A stretch of DNA of 64,000 nt, taken from assembly GCF_009914755.1 (NCBI RefSeq), contig NC_060938.1; one strand, given 5' to 3'. A program made the translations under genes and the position numbers. This stretch comes from the human T2T-CHM13v2.0 reference genome, Homo sapiens. Shown here one piece after another: positions 58,456 through 64,000 of the stretch. Below the pieces are notes generated by a model. The model had not been told where the DNA came from and did no database searches. It saw only the letters and a list, made by a program, of their open reading frames with translations. How positions within the stretch are numbered: position 1 is the first letter of the stretch; each line of letters begins with the position of its first letter.

Positions 58456-58476
58456 AAAGAAGAGCTGGTACCATTT

Positions 58477-59366
58477 CCATACATCTTCTGAAGTCTAGGC
58501 AGGGGGTCTCAAACCTCAGTTCTTGACTTCTGGGCACCCACAGGCTCAAGACCACATGGAAGCTACCAAGGCTTGGTGCTTCCACCCTTTGAAGCAACAG
58601 CCCAAGCTGTACCATGGCCCCTTTTAGTCAGGGCTGGAGTGGCTGGGACACAGGGCACCAAGTCCCTAGACTGCACACAGCACAGGGACCATGGGGCTGG
58701 CCCACGAGAGCATTTTCTCCTAGGCCTCTGGGCCTGTAATGGGAGGGGCCGCCATGAAGACCTCTGATATGCCTTGGAGACATTTTTCCCATTGTCTTGG
58801 GGATTAACATTTGGCTCCTCATTACTTATGCAAATTTCTACAGCCAGCTTCAATTTCTCCTCAGGAAACCGGTTTTCTTTTTCTATCAAATTATCAGGTT
58901 GCAAATTTCCCGAATTTTTATGCTCTGCTTCCCTTATAAAACTGAATGCCTTTAACAGCACACAAGTCACCTCTTGAATGCTTTGCTGCTTAGAAATTTC
59001 TTCAGTCAGATACCCTAAATCATCTCTCTCAAGTTCAAAGTTCCACAGATTTCTTGGGCAGGGGCAAAATACCACCAGTCTCTTTGCCAAAACATAACAA
59101 GAGTCACCTTTGTTCCAGTTCCCAACAAGTTCCTCATCTCTATCTGAAACAGCCTCGGCCAAGACCTTATTGTCCATATTGCTATCAGGCTTTTGGTCAA
59201 AGCCATTCAACAAGTCTCTAAGAAGTTCCAAACCTTCCCACATTTTCCTGTCTTTTTCTGAGCCCTCCAAACCATTCCAGCCTCTGCCTGTTACCGAGTT
59301 CCAAAGTCACTTCCACATTTTCAGGTATCTTTTCAGCAGCACACCACTCTACTGCTACCAATTTAC
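58477..59366 (-). mobile_element. THE1 internal sequence, 5' part
   Basis: PBS-region GTAAATTGGTAGCAGTAGAGTGG follows the LTR on the minus strand; ORF 58563..59270 has the MaLR peptide EGSEKDRKMWEGLELLRDLLNGFDQ...GNWNKGDSCYVLAKRL. Confidence 0.93.
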
Positions 59367-59738
59367 TCTATTAGTCCATTTTCTTGCTGCTGATAAAGAC
59401 ATACACAAGACTGGGCAATTTACAAAAGAAAGAGGTTTATTGGACTTACAGTTCCACATAGCTGGGGAGGCTTCACAATTATGGCAGAAGGCAAGGAGCA
59501 GCAAATCACATCTTACATGGATGGCAGCAGGCAAAAAAAAAAAAATGACCCTGTTCAGGAAAATTCCTGTTTTTAAAACTGTCAAATCTCGTAAGACCCA
59601 TCACTATCATGAGAACAGTATGGGAAATACCCACCCCCATGATTTGATTATCTCCCACTGGGTCCCTCCCACAATACATGGGAATTATAGGAGCTATAAG
59701 ATGAGATTTGGGTGGAGGCACAGAGACAAACCATATCA
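59367..59738 (-). mobile_element. THE1A-like 5' LTR
   Basis: TATTAGTCCATTTTC...GCTGATAAAGACATAC...GGTTTATTGGACTTACAGTTCCAC...AAACCATATCA. Confidence 0.93.
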
Positions 59739-60493
59739 CATGGAATCAACCTATATGTCCACCAACAGTAGACTGGATGAAGAAAATGTGATCAATATAC
59801 ACCATGGAATACTATGCAGTAATAAAAAAGAAAGAGATATGTCCTTTGCAAGAACACAGATGGAACTGGAGGCCACTATCCTTAGCAAACTAATACAGGA
59901 ACAGAAAACCAAATACTGCCTGTTCTCATTTATAAGTGGGAGCTAAATGATGAGAACACATGGACACACAGAGAGGAACAACACACACTGGGGCCTTTCA
60001 GAGGCTGGAGGGTGGGAGAAGGAAGACAATCAGGAAAAATAACTAATAATTAAATAACTAATGGGTATTAGGCTTAAGATCTGGGTGACAAAATCTGTAC
60101 AACAAACTCCCATGACACAAGTTTACCTATGTAACAAACCTGCATTTATACCCCTGGACTTAAAATAAAACTTTTAAAAAATAAACAAATGATAATAGCA
60201 GATTATAGCCCATTAAATAAACTAGGAATTCATGAGTTCAAATTACATAAACAAACAAATAATTATTCCTTACATAAGAATGCTAATTACTGTATGCAGA
60301 AGGAAAGGTAGAATTGGAAGGTCATTATTTGGCAACTATTATAGTAGTAGTTGATTGAAGAAGAAAGCATCAAATGATGCTGAATCTGAGTGAAGGTTTG
60401 ATGACAACCAACATGGTCTCAAATTATCTCCCCACAAAGTGCTGTTAACTGCAAAGGGGAGATGAGTTACTTTGCAGTCATAAATGTTGTATC

Positions 60494-60548
60494 ACTGGGC
60501 ACAGTGGCTCATGCTTATAATCCTAGCATGTGGGAAGCTGAGGTAGGC
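60494..60548 (+). mobile_element. Alu 5' fragment (~55 bp)
   Basis: CTGGGCACAGTGGCTCATGCTTATAATCCTAGCA...GAGGTAGGC. Confidence 0.8.
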
Positions 60549-60862
60549 TATTTTCTTTTAGTAATTTCATGGCTTGTGGTCTTAGATTTAAGTCTTTAAT
60601 CAATTTTAATTTGACTTTTGTATATGGCAAGAGATAGGGGTCTAGTTTCATTCTTCTGCCTATGGATATCCAGTTTTCCAAGCCCCACTTATTGAAGAGA
60701 CTGCCTTTTCTCCAACATATATTCTCGGTACCTTTGTTGAAAACAAGTTTACTGTAGATGTATGAGTTTGTTTCTGGGTTCTCTATTGTGTTTCATTAGT
60801 CTATGTGTCTGTTTTTATGCCAGTACTATGCTGTTTTGGTTACTGTAGCCCTGTAGTATAAT
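60549..60862 (-). mobile_element. L1MA-type ORF2 fragment
   Basis: GGTCTTAGATTTAAGTCTTTAATC...GATAGGGGTCTAGTTTCATTCTTCTGC...GTTACTGTAGCCCTGTAGTATAAT. Confidence 0.85.
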
Positions 60863-60975
60863 GTAAATGACAAGTTAACCAGTGCAGCACACCAACATGG
60901 CACATGTATACATATGTAACAAACCTGCACATTGTGCACATGTACCCTAGAACTTAAAGTATAACAAAAAAAAAG
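60859..60975 (+). mobile_element. L1PA4/5-like extreme 3' end
   Basis: TAATGTAAATGAC...GCACACCAACATGGCACATGTATACATATGTAACAAACC...CCCTAGAACTTAAAGTATAA plus A-tail. Confidence 0.88.
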
Positions 60976-61054
60976 AAAAGAAAAGAAAGGAACAGAGGAA
61001 AAGGAGGAAGGAAGGAAGGAAGAAAGGAAGGAAGGAAAAGAGGGAGGGAGGGAG
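60976..61054. repeat. Polypurine (GAAAA/GGAA/GGGA)n tract
   Basis: Nearly pure A/G run. Confidence 0.9.
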
Positions 61055-62189
61055 GTTGTATTAAAATGAGAAAATTGATTAGTTCACAAATTATGCATTA
61101 AAAGGCCCACAGTTTACTAGATCTATAAATTCCTCAGAACCCCTAAATACATTGGCTTTTTAGAATAAGTGTTAAATACACACACACACACGAACACACA
61201 CAACCCACAATACAACTGATGTGGCCTTGTGGAAGGAATACGTAAAGCTATTTGCATTATAGTGCTAATTTAGCTTTTCTTTACATTGAACCTTAATAAC
61301 CAGAATCTGCTTCTTTGTAACTTCTGTCCATTTATCCAGTTTCCACCCAAGGAGAGAGAGCAAGTCTCATTGCTCAACTATTCTAAATCTGCCACCACGA
61401 TCCCCTAAATCTTTTCCAGGCTGAACACTCCAGATTTCTTCTACTCTTCCTTAACTGATAGGACTTTAGTTCTCTTGGCTGCTTTTCTCTGAAGTATCCC
61501 ATTTTGTCTGAGACAGTACTGTGACGGTACTATGATACCTCTGAAACAATAGTATGGTACCAGTGTCTGAGCAGAATGGACTGGCACTCACAAAACCAGA
61601 TATTGTATTTTCAGTAGTGCACCCAAGGGTGATACTATTATTTATTTCTTTTATGGAATTTCCAGCTGGAGATGCAGTCTGGCATGTGCTATGAAAACAA
61701 TCACCAATTTCTGCACTTGATTAGTCTGCCCGTCGCCTCAGCCATTGTCAGCCACATTGCGTTATTCGAAAATGCATTGCAATGTATTTAGAGTTATGAA
61801 GTCTTAGAGTTTGTACTTGATTCTGTAAATAAATTATTATTATGGCTATTAAAACTTTTTAAAAGCAAATTCTCCTCACCTGCTCTTCTTTTCCCAAATT
61901 AATGAGCTTTCCTGGAGATGTTTAATCTCAGAAGTTCATCCTACAGTATGCAAGATTAGTCACTGCAAGGTAATGTTACATTTCATATCTGAGGTCAGAA
62001 TAGTATTATTTGGAGCTGTTGCAAAATTTAGAAGATGAACTGATTTAGTATTATTTTTAAGATTAGAATCAAACAGAAAAATCTTTGCTTCGGACTGAAT
62101 TAAGAAACAATATACAAACTAGCAATATGACAACATCAAACCAATGTATCACTATATCATTTTAATTATGTAAGAAATAAAACAGCTAA

Positions 62190-62370
62190 TGTTTGTTTAC
62201 TGTTTCATATGTGCCAGGGATAATTCTAAATGCATTATGTCTATCATCTCATTTAATCCTTAGAATATGGATGAGGAAATGAAAGCCCAGAAAAGTTGCC
62301 ATGTCACACAGCTAGTGGGTAACAGAATCAAGATTTGAAACCAAACTGTCAATGTTGAACCCATACCACC
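62190..62370 (-). mobile_element. MIR
   Basis: TGTGCCAGG...CTCATTTAATCCT...GATGAGGAAATGAAAGCCCAGA...GTCACACAGCTAGT. Confidence 0.75.
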
Positions 62371-62439
62371 TCGTGGTTCTCATTAGCTGCAGTCAAAGAC
62401 ACTCTGGCTGGAAAATCCAGGGGCAGTGAGGACATGGAG

Positions 62440-63300
62440 TGTGTGGAAGCAGGCTTCCTGTGCTACTGGCAGGACTGTCAGCTAGTACAAGCTTTCCAAG
62501 GGAAATCTGGCATTCTGTTTCAAAAGCCTTACCATTTATTCTGCAGAAATTGAACAAGTGTCAAAATATGTCTTCTGTAAGGTCAACTGAGGAAATGTAA
62601 ACAATAACAAAAAAATTAAAATGACCTACTGTTCAACACAGGTGATTTGGTAAATAAACGGTGATACATCATAGAATGAGGTTATTGCACAGCCATTAAA
62701 ATTATGATTTAGCTGTGTAAAGACAAAAAAGGTATAGACACAGCTCAGTGAAAATTCATGTATAAAACAGAATCTAAAATGTGTTATTGTTTATAAAAAT
62801 GTACACATAACATTTATATATATATACTCATTTTTAAAAGCTCAGAAGTATGTAGACTAAAATGAAATCAAAAACGTATTTCTGCATAGTTATATTAACA
62901 GTTGTTTTTCCATTGTAATTACCTGTATTTTTTCACTTGTCTACATTAAGCATGTATTATTTTAGAGAAAAATACAAGTTTAATTCCTATTTTTAATGAT
63001 AGATTTAAAAATAATGACTAATAAGATACATACTATCTATTAAATAAGAAAAGAATAATTCGAAACAGAATAACGTGATCTCATCTTTGTAAAATCTGTA
63101 CAGTTTATTTTAATAGTATAGTATATTATAAAAGTACACTTTTTGTATTTAAATATATTACATTATAAAAATGCTGGTAAGTTCATCCTTATCTCCAAAT
63201 AGTAAAGGATGGATTTTATTTTACTTCATTTTGCTTATCTATATTTTTTATTGTATACTGCTTTTATAATTAAAATGTGTTAATTTTAAATAATCTATTA
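62440..63300 (+). mobile_element. Highly decayed L1ME-type 3' fragments
   Basis: GGGAAATCTGGCA, TTTGGTAAATAAACGGTGATACATC, GCAGCCATTAAAA-like motif (GCACAGCCATTAAAA); AT-rich 3'UTR character. Confidence 0.5.
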
Positions 63301-63888
63301 TTAGTAATGAATATTGATGAGTTGTATAAAAAAGAGAGTTCAAAAATTACATAACCACAGCAAAAAAAAAGTACTAGCATTCAAAATGGCTTAAAGAAAT
63401 ATAAGTTGTTAATTCTCACCAGCACTCAGAGACTTGTCCACCACAGTTCCCAGGGAAGATTAAAATTAAAGCACTTAACATAACTTCAAAATATGAGGAT
63501 CCCAGCAAGCAACCCTGAAATGCTCTTAGTATAGCAGACACAGGGAAAGCCATCAATGTGTTTCTTTCTGGAAGGTTTATTTTAATGACAAATGGAAACA
63601 TTATAACTTACATTGTATCTTTCTTATCGTGTGAAAGGAATTAATACAATAATAGCCTTAGTACTTATTAAATTATACCCTGAAATTTCTCCATAATATA
63701 AAAGTTAACTTTTCAATCAAATGTGTAAAAATTGGATATTGTACATTTGTGTAATCATAATTCTATGTTGTACATGCAAGAAAATAGTCAAAATAGGGAG
63801 GCACAACATGTCAAAATATTCTAATTTAATGCCAGTGTAGCTCAATATGTTCTTTCCAGTAGCTCTGAACTAAATTGATGAACAGCAG

Positions 63889-63938
63889 GCTAAATGAGGA
63901 AAAAGAAGAGCTAAATGAGGAAAAAGAAGAGCTAAATG
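63889..63938. repeat. Perfect 21-bp tandem duplication
   Basis: GCTAAATGAGGAAAAAGAAGA twice plus GCTAAATG. Confidence 0.95.
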
Positions 63939-64000
63939 CATGCTGAACAAAGCTTATAAAAGGAAAACAATTTGCTGTCAAATAGCAAGAAAGGATGTGC

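Larger units (their letters stand above)
56367..58476 (+). pseudogene. L1 ORF2p remnant: endonuclease and linker only
   Basis: ATGACAGGATCAAAT start; ORF 56556..56969 GVAILVSDKTDFK, IIVGDFNTPL; ORFs 57428 and 57773; disrupted by stops and Alus. Confidence 0.9.
54020..60186 (+). mobile_element. Originally full-length L1PA13-like element, now missing the RT domain and carrying two Alus and a THE1
   Basis: 5' end GGGGAAGTGGCTAAGATGGCCAACTAG; 3'UTR ATCAGGAAAAATAACTAAT...CCCATGACACAAGTTTACCTATG; TSD AAATGATAATA at 54009-54019 and 60187-60197. Confidence 0.93.

Noticed and set aside
59110-59946. Longest ORF in the track (278 aa, +)
   Set aside because: Accidental read-through of antisense THE1-int and THE1 LTR into the L1 ORF2 C-terminus; non-ATG start; no coherent protein

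Overview
AT-rich, CpG-depleted primate (most likely human or other hominoid) genomic DNA, intronic or intergenic, with no CpG island and no protein-coding gene I can recognise. Roughly half is interspersed repeat: three large L1s (L1PB4-like, minus, 1-6905; L1MA10/L1MB1-like, plus, about 34.6-38.7 kb; L1PA13-like, plus, 54020-60186, bounded by a TSD), 14 Alu copies or fragments, MaLR/ERVL LTRs (MLT2A2, THE1C, THE1A with internal sequence, several MLT1, LTR33), L2/MIR relics and small DNA transposons (MER58A, MER53, MADE1). Nearly all long ORFs in the track derive from L1, THE1 or Alu. I found no new multi-gene system. The best leads are a frame-preserving 21-nt candidate microexon (28877-28897, +) flanked by (T)GCATG motifs in a repeat-free block, other isolated splice-site sets including an AG|GTAAGA site, a strong CTCF motif, and several readable rearrangement scars (deletion with inverted filler in an L1, arm-to-arm conversion in an Alu, an Alu body replaced by L1 pieces, local templated duplications). 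Subfamily names are from recalled consensus sequences and need RepeatMasker/Dfam confirmation; boundaries of old repeats are approximate.
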